Assembly: GCA_964491125.1 (NCBI GenBank)
Contig: CAZBFJ010000001.1
Coordinates: forward strand, 168 to 64,167
Length of the DNA: 64,000 nt
Direction of reading: 5' to 3'
DNA from: an uncultured Myxococcales bacterium
GTDB taxonomy: Bacteria; Myxococcota_A; Polyangia; Fen-1088
This document shows, piece after piece, positions 36,639-48,620 of the stretch (position 1 is the first letter of the stretch; every line of letters starts with the position of its first letter). Below the pieces are notes generated by a model. The model saw nothing but the letters and a program-made list of their open reading frames with translations. It was not told the DNA's origin and ran no database searches. Made by a program: the position numbers and the translations under genes.

Positions 36639-37619
36639 CTAGAACCGCGGGGTCGCGACCAGGAGATCGGCGGTTTCTCCGGTCACGTCCACCTGCCAGC
36701 TCGCCGCGTCGGCCGGGACCAGGACCGTCTGCATGGGAGGCAGCGCCGCGCGGCCCGCCGGCGTCGCCAGGCTCCCCTGCCCCGCCACGCACGTCACCAC
36801 GGCGCAAGCGCCGTCCAGCTCCTGCTCGACACGCCCCCGCAAGCGCTGCTCGCGCAGCCGGAAGTGCTGGCAGTCGATGAGCACCCGCTCTTCGCAACCG
36901 GGCGCGGGCAAGGCGCGCCAGGGCTCGGGCGTGTGCGGGCCGAAGCCGTCCTTGGAGAAATCGATGGTCGCGAGCGACTCGGTGACGTGCAGGGGCCGGG
37001 GCTTGCCATCGAGCCCGAGGCGGTCCCAGTCGTACACACGAAAGGTGATGTCCGAGGTCTGCTGGACCTCGTAGAGCAGGCAGCCCTCCCCGAGGGCGTG
37101 CACGGTGCGCGCCGGGAGGAAGAACACGTCCCCACGCCGAGCCTCGAAGCGGTTCAGGGTCGTCGCCACGTGGTGCTCGCGGAGGGCACGCTCGAACTCG
37201 GCGCGCCCGATCCCGACGCGGGTACCCTGGCAGATCTCGCCCCCGTCGGCCAGGAAGACCCAGCACTCGGTCTTGCCGTGCTGACCGACGCCGAGCTCGC
37301 GCGCGATGGCGTCGTCCGGGTGGACCTGCACGCTGAGGCGCAGGCGGGCGTCGATGAGCTTGACCATCAACGGGAACTCGGTGCCCTGGAAGCCCTGCCC
37401 GACCAGCGCGGGACCGAGCTGCAAGACGAGCTCGTGCAACGAGGCGCCCTCGAGGGGCCCCGCCGCCACCACGCTCATGCCGCGCGGGTGATCCGCGAGC
37501 TCCCAGGCCTCGCCGATGGGTCCGGGAGGCAAGGTCCGCCCCCAGGCCTCCATGCGGCGGCCTCCCCAGACCAGGGGTTGATAGGCGGGACGGAATATCA
37601 GGGGGGCGCGTACTTCCAT
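36639..37619 (-). CDS. manA: Mannose-6-phosphate isomerase, type I (cupin)
   Basis: MEVRAPLIFRPAYQPLVWGG..., QVHPDD and ECWVFL motifs. I chose the ATG at 37619. Confidence 0.8.
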   Translation of the reverse strand: MEVRAPLIFRPAYQPLVWGGRRMEAWGRTLPPGPIGEAWELADHPRGMSVVAAGPLEGASLHELVLQLGPALVGQGFQGTEFPLMVKLIDARLRLSVQVHPDDAIARELGVGQHGKTECWVFLADGGEICQGTRVGIGRAEFERALREHHVATTLNRFEARRGDVFFLPARTVHALGEGCLLYEVQQTSDITFRVYDWDRLGLDGKPRPLHVTESLATIDFSKDGFGPHTPEPWRALPAPGCEERVLIDCQHFRLREQRLRGRVEQELDGACAVVTCVAGQGSLATPAGRAALPPMQTVLVPADAASWQVDVTGETADLLVATPRF

Positions 37620-37641
37620 GGGTGGCGGGATCGTGGCTCGG

Positions 37642-38568
37642 CTAGAGATGTCTACCCAACGCAAGTGCTAGCACAAGTCCGAGGGCGAGGACGAGCGCTG
37701 TTGCGGCGACGACGGTGGCGACCGTGGGGAGACGATTCGGCCGGCTCTCGGGCGAGGCTCCGCCGCCGGCCCGCGCGGCGGAGTCCGGCGGCGCGGCCGC
37801 GAGCCCTTCGCCCTCATCCGTTTCCATCTGGCGCAGGTAGCGCTCTTCCGGATCGACCAGGCGCAGGTGCGTTTCGCCGAGCCTCACGACGTCCCCGTCG
37901 CGGAGCACCCGAGCGCCCACCACGGGCTCGCCGCCCACCTCGACTCCGTTCTTCGACCCGAGGTCGCGAAGCACGAGGCCGACCGCCGCGCGTTCGATGG
38001 CCGCGTGCTCGCGTGAGACGTCGGCGTCGGACAGCACCAGATCGCAGACGTCGCCACGCCCGATCGTGAAGGTACGCTCGCCGCCCGGCAGCTCGAGCGC
38101 CCGCCCCTGGTCCGGTCCGGAAAGCACGATCAGCCTGACACCCTCGGCCGGCGGGCATGCCTCGAAAAGCTCGCGCACCAGTCGCCGGGCGAGCGTCTCC
38201 GTGCCGGCGTCGCGCGGGCCCTCGTCGCTCTTGGCCCGTTCGCCGGCGAGCCGCAGCTCCACGCCCCCGACTTCGAGACAGTCGCCCACCGCGAACGCCT
38301 CGGGCCGGCGTGGCGACAAGCGGCGCCCGCGCAGCCAGGTGCCGTTGCTGCTACCCAGATCCTCGACTCGGTAGCCGCTCCCGGCCGAGAAGATGCGGGC
38401 GTGCCGGGCCGACACGCGGGGGAACGGCAGCTCGATGTCCGCTTGGCGGGCGCGGCCGATCACGACATCGGCAGCGCCCGCCACCTCGACCTCGTGGAAG
38501 CGCGCCTCCGGCGAACCGGGGGTCGGCAGCTCGCCCCGGGGTGCGCGGATCGACAGACGCAGCGGCAC
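37642..38568 (-). CDS. Tandem FHA-domain protein with C-terminal TM anchor
   Basis: Two FHA domains (VVIGRARQADIELPFPRVSARHARI...GSSNGTWLRG and FTIGRGDVCDLVLSDADVSREHAAI...GSKNGVEV), and a C-terminal helix LPTVATVVAATALVLALGLVLALAL. Confidence 0.8.
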   Translation of the reverse strand: MPLRLSIRAPRGELPTPGSPEARFHEVEVAGAADVVIGRARQADIELPFPRVSARHARIFSAGSGYRVEDLGSSNGTWLRGRRLSPRRPEAFAVGDCLEVGGVELRLAGERAKSDEGPRDAGTETLARRLVRELFEACPPAEGVRLIVLSGPDQGRALELPGGERTFTIGRGDVCDLVLSDADVSREHAAIERAAVGLVLRDLGSKNGVEVGGEPVVGARVLRDGDVVRLGETHLRLVDPEERYLRQMETDEGEGLAAAPPDSAARAGGGASPESRPNRLPTVATVVAATALVLALGLVLALALGRHL

Positions 38569-38585
38569 GCCGCCCGCCTATCCGA

Positions 38586-39197
38586 TCAACCCGACGAGTG
38601 CTCGGTCGCCGGTGCTGGGGCAACCTCGGCGCCGGCCGACGCGGCGACGACGGCCACGCCGCCTTCGGCTGGTGCTGGGGCCACGGGCGCCGCGAGCTCA
38701 CCCGGCCCGACGGGCGCGGCGGCCTCGGGCGGCGAGGGGGCCGGAACCGGGCCGGGCTCGATGCCGTGCCGCCGCAGCACGGCCAGGTAGTGGTCCCGTT
38801 CGGCCAACGCCCCGAGGAGCTTGGCGCGCATGACGTCGTTGTTCTGCTTGAGGCGCGAGATCTCGGAGAGGTCCCGTTGCCGGGTCGAGTCGGTCTTGGA
38901 CGCGCGCGCCAGTGCCTTGAGGAACTCGGCCTGCGGGACCTCCTGGAACGGCGTCGAACGGTATTTGCCGACCTCGACCTTTTCGAGGTACCCCTCGGCG
39001 GCCAGGCCGAGCAGCGCGCGGGATACGGCCGCCTCGCTCGCTCCGATGGCCATGGAGACGTCGACAGGCGTGAACACCTGTCCGGTTGGCGCGTGCTTCT
39101 TGAGCTCGTCGAAGAGCTCTTGGCGACCGAGCTTTGCAGAATCCGACCCGCCGCTCGGCATCGAACGTGTGCTGGCGTGACTACGTTTGAGGCTCAT
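38586..39197 (-). CDS. Hypothetical protein (winged-helix-like N-terminus, coiled coil, Pro/Ala-rich tail)
   Basis: 203 aa, 17 nt upstream of the FHA gene on the same strand. No recognisable catalytic motif. Confidence 0.5.
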   Translation of the reverse strand: MSLKRSHASTRSMPSGGSDSAKLGRQELFDELKKHAPTGQVFTPVDVSMAIGASEAAVSRALLGLAAEGYLEKVEVGKYRSTPFQEVPQAEFLKALARASKTDSTRQRDLSEISRLKQNNDVMRAKLLGALAERDHYLAVLRRHGIEPGPVPAPSPPEAAAPVGPGELAAPVAPAPAEGGVAVVAASAGAEVAPAPATEHSSG

Positions 39198-39267
39198 GCG
39201 CTCCCCCCGCGAGTGAGTTAGGAAGAGCCCTTATACCGCAAAACCAGGCTGACGAGCGCGCGGAAGG

Positions 39268-40356
39268 TCAGCGCCGTCGTTTGCGCCGCGGCCCGCGCGC
39301 GGCTCCCGGCCGGGCGGGCGGTGCGGTCAGTGGACGCTCCCAGAAGCGCAGCGCCGTGGGATCCGCGCGCCGGATTCTGAGCAAGAAGTAGAGGAGCACC
39401 GCGCCCGCGACCGCCGAGACGATCCCGATGAGCTGCGACGTGGACAGGGGCCCCACCGAGCCACGGTCCGCGTCACCACGGTAGATCTCGATGATCGACC
39501 GCAGGACGCCGTAGCCCAGCACCCAGCCGAGGAACACCTGTCCCGAGAACGTACGCACGCGGCGCAGCAGCATGACCAGCGCGAACAAGCCGAACGCGGC
39601 GAGAGACTCGTAGATCTGCGTGGGGTGCACCGGAAACGACGCGAGCGCGCTCGGGTCGAGCCCGTGGTTTTGCGTGTGATCCGTGAACGCCGGCGCCCCC
39701 TGGGGAAAACGGATGGCCCACGGCAGGTCATCGGCGCGCCGCCCGTAGTCGCAACCGTACAGGAGACAACCGATGCGGGTGATGGCCGTGCCCAGCACGA
39801 CCGCGGGGGCCGACACGTCCGCCCAACGCAGAAGCTCGATCTTCCGCTTCCGACAGCCGTACCAGCTCGCGAAGAAGCCGCCGAGCATGCCGCCGTACGC
39901 GACCAGCCCGCCCTTGTTGAGCATCACCACCTCGAGCGGGCTCTCGAACTCGCGCCACTCGGTGATGACGTAGAGCAGCCGCGCCCCGATGATCGCCCAC
40001 ACCGCGGTCCACATGTAGATGGCGCCCGCCTGCTCGGAGGGAATGCCATCTTGCTTCGCGAGACGAAGGGCCAGGAACCAGCCCAGCACCATCGAGGTGC
40101 CGAGCATCACGCCGTACGAGAAGATCGGCACCGGCTTCCACTCGCTCGTGAACACGCCCGCCGACGGGATCCACGAGCCACCGCGCAGGCCGAGCAGCAG
40201 CCACGCACCCAGCAGGAGGTACAGCGGCGTCGAACTGCGCGACACCTCCGGGTTGCGCCGGCGGGCGCGGGCGTTCCACAGCGCCGCGCCGATCGCGAGC
40301 AGCAACGCCAGGACGAAGAGGGGCTTCGAGGGCACCTGGGCGAGGATCTGCAGCAT
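39268..40356 (-). CDS. lgt: Prolipoprotein diacylglyceryl transferase
   Basis: 362 aa polytopic. Lgt signature (YGLMLALG-like GVMLGTSMVLGW) plus ...GGMLGGFFASWY... and RIGCLLYGC. Confidence 0.88.
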   Translation of the reverse strand: MLQILAQVPSKPLFVLALLLAIGAALWNARARRRNPEVSRSSTPLYLLLGAWLLLGLRGGSWIPSAGVFTSEWKPVPIFSYGVMLGTSMVLGWFLALRLAKQDGIPSEQAGAIYMWTAVWAIIGARLLYVITEWREFESPLEVVMLNKGGLVAYGGMLGGFFASWYGCRKRKIELLRWADVSAPAVVLGTAITRIGCLLYGCDYGRRADDLPWAIRFPQGAPAFTDHTQNHGLDPSALASFPVHPTQIYESLAAFGLFALVMLLRRVRTFSGQVFLGWVLGYGVLRSIIEIYRGDADRGSVGPLSTSQLIGIVSAVAGAVLLYFLLRIRRADPTALRFWERPLTAPPARPGAARGPRRKRRR

Positions 40357-40489
40357 CGGCCCTATCTACCAGATAGCCGACACCGGGTGAACGAGCAGGG
40401 GAGCCCCGGGGAAAGCGACGCTCGGCGGTTGCCCTTCTCCGCGAAAGGGCCGCTGGGTCACCGGACCCGGCGGCCCGACGATGGCCCCG

Positions 40490-42418
<1,929 letters not shown>

Positions 42419-42559
42419 GATGTTCGTCCCTTCGTGCTGATGTGCGGGCGTTGCGCTGCTTCTAGAGCCGAACCCGCGAACGGCCCGAGGGTAAACACCC
42501 TCGCCCCCCGGTCAAGGCCCATTATCTGCGTCCGCGCTAACCCTCGGAGAACCCGGGGA

Positions 42560-43846
42560 TCAAGGGCGCCGGGCGGGGGAGTCCACGGCGAGATCGGGGC
42601 GTAGCCCGAGCACCCGGCCCAGCCGAAAGAGCCCGGCCATGCTCGGCGTTCCGGGGTCTACCCGCGCGCCCAGCTCCGCGCGCGCGAGGGCGTGGTCGAG
42701 GAGGCGCATGGGCAGGGCCGGATGACGCAGCCAGCGCGCCCCGCCCCCGTCGAGCGCCGGGGTCAGCACCAACATGACGGACAGGGTCACGGTGGCCGCC
42801 AGGCGCGCCCGCCCGAGCCGGCTCGACAGGTGCAGAATGCCCGCGGAGGCCAGCACGGCCGCGGCGCCCACCGCGAGAGGCAGCGCGGCTCGATCCGGCG
42901 CCGGGCCGACCAGACCGCTCGGGCGCGCGAACAACATGGCCGACACGAGGGTCAAGACGAGCCAGGCAGCCGCCGCCGGCGCCCGCCCGGCGACCACCAC
43001 GACGCCAATCGCGGCGAGCAAGCCGCCAACCACGCCCAGCTGATCGGCGAGCTCGAGCGCCGCCGCGAGCAGGGCCGCGCCGGAGTGGACCCCGAGCTGG
43101 CGCAGACCCGAGAAGAGGCCGACCACGGTCGCGGGATGGCGGCTCGCCGCCACCACGGCCAGCGCGGCGGCCCCCCAGCCGGCGACGAACGCGAGCGGGG
43201 CCACGAGCGGCCAGCGGGCGCCCTTGCGCAACGCCCAGAGACCGACGCCCACGAGCAGCGGCCACAGGAGGGGCCCCGCGAGCGCATCGACGCCGAACGA
43301 AAGCCCGGAGAGCCACGCAAGCGCGCCCCCGGCGAGGGCCGAGCCGACATCGCGCAAGAGCGCGACGCCGACGAGCAAGCCGGCGACCAGCACGAGCAAG
43401 GTGGCCGCGGCGCTCCCGGCCGTGCTCGCGATCTCGAAAGTCGAGAGCGAGAGGGCGTGCGCGAGCGCCGCCGCCGTGGCGGCCACGGGCTCGTAGAGGA
43501 ACGTTTGCCTCTCCTGGCGCGCGTTCGGAGGCGGACGCAGGCGTACGAGGACCTGCACGCACAGCCGGCCGAGGAGCATGACCGACACCGCCCCGAGCAC
43601 CGCCGACGCGAGGTTGGCGCGCAGGGCGAGATCGCCGAGCGGCACGAAGGCAACGAGCCGCATGGCCAGCACCGCGAAGACGGCGGGCTGCTGGCTGCTG
43701 TCGAGTGCCACGCCCGCCGCCACGTCCGGAGCGGCCTCGACGCGTGCGAGGCCGAGCGGCACGCCCAGCGCGTAGAGCACGAGCGCGGCCGCGAACAGCG
43801 CGGCGTCGAGCCCGGGCCATTCGCGGCTTCGCACAACCCCGGTCAT
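42560..43846 (-). CDS. Hypothetical polytopic membrane protein
   Basis: 428 aa from the ATG at 43846 (MTGVVRSREWPGLDAALFAAALVLYALG...). At least 10 hydrophobic helices. The track ORF extends 350 codons further upstream as Arg/Gly junk antisense to ribF. Confidence 0.6.
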   Translation of the reverse strand: MTGVVRSREWPGLDAALFAAALVLYALGVPLGLARVEAAPDVAAGVALDSSQQPAVFAVLAMRLVAFVPLGDLALRANLASAVLGAVSVMLLGRLCVQVLVRLRPPPNARQERQTFLYEPVAATAAALAHALSLSTFEIASTAGSAAATLLVLVAGLLVGVALLRDVGSALAGGALAWLSGLSFGVDALAGPLLWPLLVGVGLWALRKGARWPLVAPLAFVAGWGAAALAVVAASRHPATVVGLFSGLRQLGVHSGAALLAAALELADQLGVVGGLLAAIGVVVVAGRAPAAAAWLVLTLVSAMLFARPSGLVGPAPDRAALPLAVGAAAVLASAGILHLSSRLGRARLAATVTLSVMLVLTPALDGGGARWLRHPALPMRLLDHALARAELGARVDPGTPSMAGLFRLGRVLGLRPDLAVDSPARRP

Positions 43847-43978
43847 GCACCGATGAGACGCGAAAGCGCGGCGAATGTCGAGATGCTGCTCCGGGAGCCA
43901 CGGGCGGCGTTCGCGAGCGAGCCCGGCCGGCGGGCGGGTAAGTTGACGAAGGGGGTGCTTGCCGGTATCCCGGAGACA

Positions 43979-44932
43979 GTGCCTACTGTTTCCGGACGCC
44001 GCCGCATCGCCGACCTCGAGGGCGGCGCTCTGCGCGAACCGGCGGTGGCGATCGGCAACTTCGACGGCGTCCATCTCGGCCACCGGGCGCTCCTCGACGA
44101 GGTCAAGCGCCTGGCCCGAGCCTCGGGTGGGCAGACCGCGGTCCTGACGTTCGATCCGCATCCCGCGCGCGTCCTGGCCCCTGCCCTGGCGCCGCCCATG
44201 CTCGCCCCGCTGACGCGCCGCATCGAGTGGCTCGAGGAGGCCGGTATCGAGGTCGTGCTGGTCGAGCCTTTCACCTCGGAGCTCGCCGCCATGCCCGCCG
44301 AGACCTTCGTCGAGCAGGTGCTCGCCAAGGAGATCGGGGCACGCCACGTGGTGGTCGGCGCCGACTTCAGCTTCGGGCGGGGCCGGGAGGGCAACACCGC
44401 GCTGCTCGCGAGCCTCGGCGGCCGGCTCGGGATCGGGGTCTCGGTCGTCCCCCAGGTCACCGCCAGCGGGCTGCCCTGCTCGTCGACCAAGATTCGCGAG
44501 TTCGTGCTCGAGGGCCGCGTGGAGGGCGCGAGCCTGCTCCTCGGACGCCCCTTCGAGCTCGACGGCACGGTGATGCCCGGAGCAGGTCGTGGCCGCAAGC
44601 TCGGTTTCCCCACCGCCAACGTCGTCCTCGACGGCGAGATCCTGCCGAAGACCGGGGTGTACGCGGGGCGGGCCTGTCGCCTCGACGGTGACCGCCGGTG
44701 GTTCGCCGCCGCGATCAGCATCGGGACCAACCCGACCTTCGCCGCGCCGAGCCTGGAGCCCGAGATCCTCGTCGAGGCTCACCTGCTCGACTTCTGGGGC
44801 GATCTGCGGGGCGCCCGCCTGCGCCTGACGTTCGTCGCCCGCCTGCGCGAGCAGCGCCGCTTCGCAAAGGTGGACGACCTGATCGCGGCGATCCGCCACG
44901 ACGTCGCCCGGACGAGGGAGATCTGTCCATGA
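43979..44932 (+). CDS. ribF: Bifunctional riboflavin kinase / FMN adenylyltransferase
   Basis: AIGNFDGVHLGH... and C-terminal PTANV...GVYA motifs. Only the C-terminal third of track ORF 42692..44932 is genuine. I chose the GTG at 43979 (MPTVSGRRRIADLEG...) after a GGAGA. A GTG at 43955 and an ATG at 43883 are alternatives. Confidence 0.85.
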   Translation: MPTVSGRRRIADLEGGALREPAVAIGNFDGVHLGHRALLDEVKRLARASGGQTAVLTFDPHPARVLAPALAPPMLAPLTRRIEWLEEAGIEVVLVEPFTSELAAMPAETFVEQVLAKEIGARHVVVGADFSFGRGREGNTALLASLGGRLGIGVSVVPQVTASGLPCSSTKIREFVLEGRVEGASLLLGRPFELDGTVMPGAGRGRKLGFPTANVVLDGEILPKTGVYAGRACRLDGDRRWFAAAISIGTNPTFAAPSLEPEILVEAHLLDFWGDLRGARLRLTFVARLREQRRFAKVDDLIAAIRHDVARTREICP

Positions 44933-45408
44933 CCACCGACCACCTTTACGAGACCGAGACCATGGCCGAGCTGTGCGCGCGCCAGGGACGCCTGGGAGAG
45001 GCTATCTCCATCTACCGCGCGCTGGCCCAGGGCGCCCCGGATGCCATCACCCGGGCGCGCGCCCAGCAACGGCTCGAGACCCTCGAATCCACCTGGCAGC
45101 CCCTGCGCGAGACCGAGGTCCCGCCGGCCGACGTCCCACTGCCCGTCGAGCCCGGCGTGTCGATGCTGCTTGGCGAGGACCAAATCACGGTGGCCTGGGC
45201 GCTGCCGGCCGACACCTCCCCGCTCGCCCTCGATCTGCTGGTCGTGCAGAAGACCGCGGCGGGCGTGGATGCGCAAAAGAAGCTCTTGCCGCTCGCGACC
45301 CCGTCCGGCCGGCTCGGACTGGCGGTGCCCGCGGTCCACGCCGCCGTGGCCGCGGCCGGCACCGTCCGCGCGGGTCGCTTCGTGCCCCTCGCCCGCTCGG
45401 GCACGTAG
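44929..45408 (+). CDS. Hypothetical protein (TPR-like N-terminus)
   Basis: 159 aa from an ATG that overlaps the ribF stop (ATGA): MTTDHLYETETMAELCARQGRLGEAISIYRALAQGAPD... The track lists a longer version from 44698. Confidence 0.45.
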   Translation: MTTDHLYETETMAELCARQGRLGEAISIYRALAQGAPDAITRARAQQRLETLESTWQPLRETEVPPADVPLPVEPGVSMLLGEDQITVAWALPADTSPLALDLLVVQKTAAGVDAQKKLLPLATPSGRLGLAVPAVHAAVAAAGTVRAGRFVPLARSGT

Positions 45409-45411
45409 CAG

Positions 45412-48400
45412 CTAGCCGCGCGAGCCCGCGACCAGGCGGGGTTCGGGCTCGGCCGCGGCGGCGGTCGCCGCGCGGGCGGCGCGCTCGGCGAGCTCGTCGA
45501 GCTGGCTCGCCCGGCGGTGGTCGCGCGCGAAGAGCACGTAGATCGAGGGCACCACGAAGAGAGTGAACAGGGTACCCACGGCCATGCCGCCGACCAGGAC
45601 GATGCCGATGGACTTGCGCGCCTCGGCCCCGGGGCCGCCGGCGATGGTCAGGGGGAAGAGCCCGGCGATGGTGGCGAGCGAGGTCATGAGAATCGGCCGC
45701 AGGCGCAGCATCGCGGCGGCCTTCACCGCGTCGAGCTTGGCGAGCCCCCGCTGCTGCTGGACGTTCGCGAACTCGACGATGAGAATGCCGTTCTTGGCCA
45801 CCAGCCCGACCAGGGTGACGAGCCCCACCTGCGAGTAGATGTTGAGCGTCACCGTCCAGCCCTCGGTCAGCGCGAAGGTCAGGCCCGGAGGGCCCTGGAA
45901 CTTGAGAAAGGTGAAGATGAGCGCACCGAACATCGCGAGCGGAGCCGAGCCCGCCAGGATGACGAAGGGATCGCGGAACGAGTTGAACTGGGCCGCCAGG
46001 ACGAGAAAGATGAGGAGCAAGGCCAGCACGAAGGCGGGCAGGAACTTGCCGCCCTCCTGACGCAACTGCCGAGATTCGCCGGTGTAGTCGAGCTGGTATC
46101 CGGACGGCAGCAGCTTGGCCGCCTCGGTCTCGAGCACCCGCAGGCCTTGCTCGAGCGATTGGGTCGGCACGCCCGAGAGCTTGACGGCGTTGAGCTGCTG
46201 GAAGCGATTCAAGGTGCGCGGGACGACGTCGGTGCGCAGGCTGGCGATCGCGCTCAGTGGGATCAGCTTGCCCTCCGGCCCGGTCACGTGGATGCGCTTG
46301 AGATCGTCCGGGGTCAGGCGGCCGGCCCGCTCCGTCTGGGCGATGACCTTGTAGGCGCGCCCGTCGATCGTGAAGCGATTGACGAAGTGGCCGCCCAGCA
46401 TGGCCGACAGGTCGCTGCCGATCTGGCGGAGGTTGAGGCCCATGGAGGCGATCTGGTCGCGATCCAGCACCAGCTCGACCTGGGCCTGGTCGATGAGCAC
46501 GTCGGTGAACGGCGGAAACGCGAACTGTCCGCTCTCCGCGGCGGCCTGTTGCAGGCGCTCGACCAGGCGGGTGATCTCCTTGTGGTCGGCGGTCGCGCCG
46601 ATCACCACTTCGACGGGCATCATCCCCGGGCTCGGCAAGGCGGGCGGCAGGAACACGGGAGCCCGTACCCCCGAGATGTTCGCCAGCTTGGCGTTCACCT
46701 CGTCATTGATCGCGAAGATGCTTCGCTCGCGCTGTCCCCAGGGCTTGACCAGCATGCCCCCGAAGCCCTGCGTGGGGAAGGTCATCTGGAAGGTGGACTC
46801 GAACTCGGGGGTCTCCTTGAAGATGCGCGTGACCTCGGCCCGGAACGGATCGATCTGCTCGAGCGTGGCGTTGGGTGGCACCAGCATGGCGCCGAAGACG
46901 ACCCCCTGGTCCTCGTTGGGCGCCAGCTCCTTGGGCGAGAACATGTACATCGGGATGGTCACAAGAGTCAGGACGATCCAGACGGCGTAGACCGCCCCGC
47001 GCGCCGCCAGGGTCTTGCCGAGCAGGTGCCCATAGACGTCGCGGAACCAATCGAAGCCGCGGTCGATGTTGCGCACCAGCCAGCCGGGCGCGTACACCGG
47101 ACGCAGCACCCGCGAGCACATGACGGGCGACAGGGTCAGCGCCACGACTCCCGAGATGAAGACGGCGCCAGCGAGCGTGAAGGCAAACTCGCGGAAGAGC
47201 GAACCGGTGAGCCCGCCCTGGAACCCTATCGGCGCGTACACCGCGGCCAGGGTGATGGTCATGGCGATGATGGGCCGCACCAGCTCGCGCGCGCCGAGGA
47301 AGGCCGCTTCGAGGCGCGAGCGCCCCTCGCGCACGTGCCGCTCGCAGTTCTCGACCACCACGATGGCGTCGTCGACCACCAGCCCGACCGCCAGTACGAT
47401 GGCGAGCAGGGTGAGCAGGTTGACCGTGAACCCGAACACCTGCATGAGGAAGACCGCGCCGATGAGCGAGACCGGAATGGCAATCACCGGGACCAGCACG
47501 GACCGCACGGAGCCGAGGAACAGGTAGAGGACCACGATGACGATGGCGACGGTGAGCACCAGGGTCTCGACCACTTCGTGGATGGCGCTCTTGATGTACG
47601 CCGTCGAGTCGTAGGCCACGCCGGCGGCCATGCCGGTCGGCAGCTCCTTGCGGATGAGGTCGACCTCGCGGTTCACGGCGGCGAGCACGTCGAGGGTGTT
47701 CGCGTTCGGCAGCACCCAGATGCCCATGAACACAGCCTTCTCGCCGTTCATGCGCACGTCCTGATCGTAGTTGTCGGCACCGAGCACGACGTCCGCCACG
47801 TCCTCGAGCCGGATCAGGGCGCCGTTCTCCTCGCGCACCACGAGCTTGCGGAACTCCTCGACCGTGCGCAGATCGGTCGAGGCCGTGAGATCGATCTGGA
47901 CCAGCCTCCCCTTGGTCTGGCCGACCGCGGACAGCGCGTTGTTGCTCGCCAGGGCATTGCGCACCTGCGAGGGGCTGACGTTCAGCGCCGCCATGCGATC
48001 CGGCTTGAGCCAGGCGCGAATGGCGAAGGTCCGGCCGCCCAGGATCTCCGCCCGCTGCACCCCATCGACCGCGGTCAGGCGCGGCTGCACGATGCGGATG
48101 AGGTAGTCGGTCACCTGGTTCTGCTCGAGGATGGTCGAGCGAAACGTCAGGTACATGGCGGCCGTCTGCGCGTCCGAGGGTTGCAGGCTGATCGCCGGAA
48201 TCTCCGATTCCGGCGGCAGGTCGGCCCGCACCTGGTTGACCCGCGTGCTGATGTCGGCCAGCGCCTTGCCGCCGTCGAAGTTGAGCTTGAGGCGAACGTT
48301 GATGGTCGAAAGCCCCGGGACGCTCTGCGATTCGATGTAGTCGATGCCATCGGCCGCGGCGATGGCCTGTTCGAGCGGGGTGGTGACGAAGCCACGCACC

Positions 48401-48573
48401 AGATCGGCGCTGGCGCCCACGTACGCGGTGGTCACCACGATGCTCGCGGACTCGAGCTTCGGGTACTGCCGGACGTTGAGCGTCCGAATCGCCTGCACGC
48501 CCGCGATGACGATGATCAGGTTGACGACGATCGCCAGCACCGGCCGGCGTACGAAGATGTCGACGAAGCGCAT
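45412..48573 (-). CDS. RND multidrug efflux transporter (AcrB/HAE1 family)
   Basis: 1053 aa, 12 TM (MRFVDIFVRRPVLAIVVNLIIVIAG...). Confidence 0.92.
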   Translation of the reverse strand: MRFVDIFVRRPVLAIVVNLIIVIAGVQAIRTLNVRQYPKLESASIVVTTAYVGASADLVRGFVTTPLEQAIAAADGIDYIESQSVPGLSTINVRLKLNFDGGKALADISTRVNQVRADLPPESEIPAISLQPSDAQTAAMYLTFRSTILEQNQVTDYLIRIVQPRLTAVDGVQRAEILGGRTFAIRAWLKPDRMAALNVSPSQVRNALASNNALSAVGQTKGRLVQIDLTASTDLRTVEEFRKLVVREENGALIRLEDVADVVLGADNYDQDVRMNGEKAVFMGIWVLPNANTLDVLAAVNREVDLIRKELPTGMAAGVAYDSTAYIKSAIHEVVETLVLTVAIVIVVLYLFLGSVRSVLVPVIAIPVSLIGAVFLMQVFGFTVNLLTLLAIVLAVGLVVDDAIVVVENCERHVREGRSRLEAAFLGARELVRPIIAMTITLAAVYAPIGFQGGLTGSLFREFAFTLAGAVFISGVVALTLSPVMCSRVLRPVYAPGWLVRNIDRGFDWFRDVYGHLLGKTLAARGAVYAVWIVLTLVTIPMYMFSPKELAPNEDQGVVFGAMLVPPNATLEQIDPFRAEVTRIFKETPEFESTFQMTFPTQGFGGMLVKPWGQRERSIFAINDEVNAKLANISGVRAPVFLPPALPSPGMMPVEVVIGATADHKEITRLVERLQQAAAESGQFAFPPFTDVLIDQAQVELVLDRDQIASMGLNLRQIGSDLSAMLGGHFVNRFTIDGRAYKVIAQTERAGRLTPDDLKRIHVTGPEGKLIPLSAIASLRTDVVPRTLNRFQQLNAVKLSGVPTQSLEQGLRVLETEAAKLLPSGYQLDYTGESRQLRQEGGKFLPAFVLALLLIFLVLAAQFNSFRDPFVILAGSAPLAMFGALIFTFLKFQGPPGLTFALTEGWTVTLNIYSQVGLVTLVGLVAKNGILIVEFANVQQQRGLAKLDAVKAAAMLRLRPILMTSLATIAGLFPLTIAGGPGAEARKSIGIVLVGGMAVGTLFTLFVVPSIYVLFARDHRRASQLDELAERAARAATAAAAEPEPRLVAGSRG

Positions 48574-48620
48574 CGAGGCCTTAGCCTGTCCCGCTCATCA
48601 GCCGCATTCCCCCATGCGGG

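Noticed and set aside
42692-43978. N-terminal two-thirds of the 746-aa plus-strand ORF that ends as ribF
   Set aside because: Only the last roughly 318 codons are RibF. The upstream part is antisense to the polytopic membrane protein and is Arg/Gly/Glu junk.
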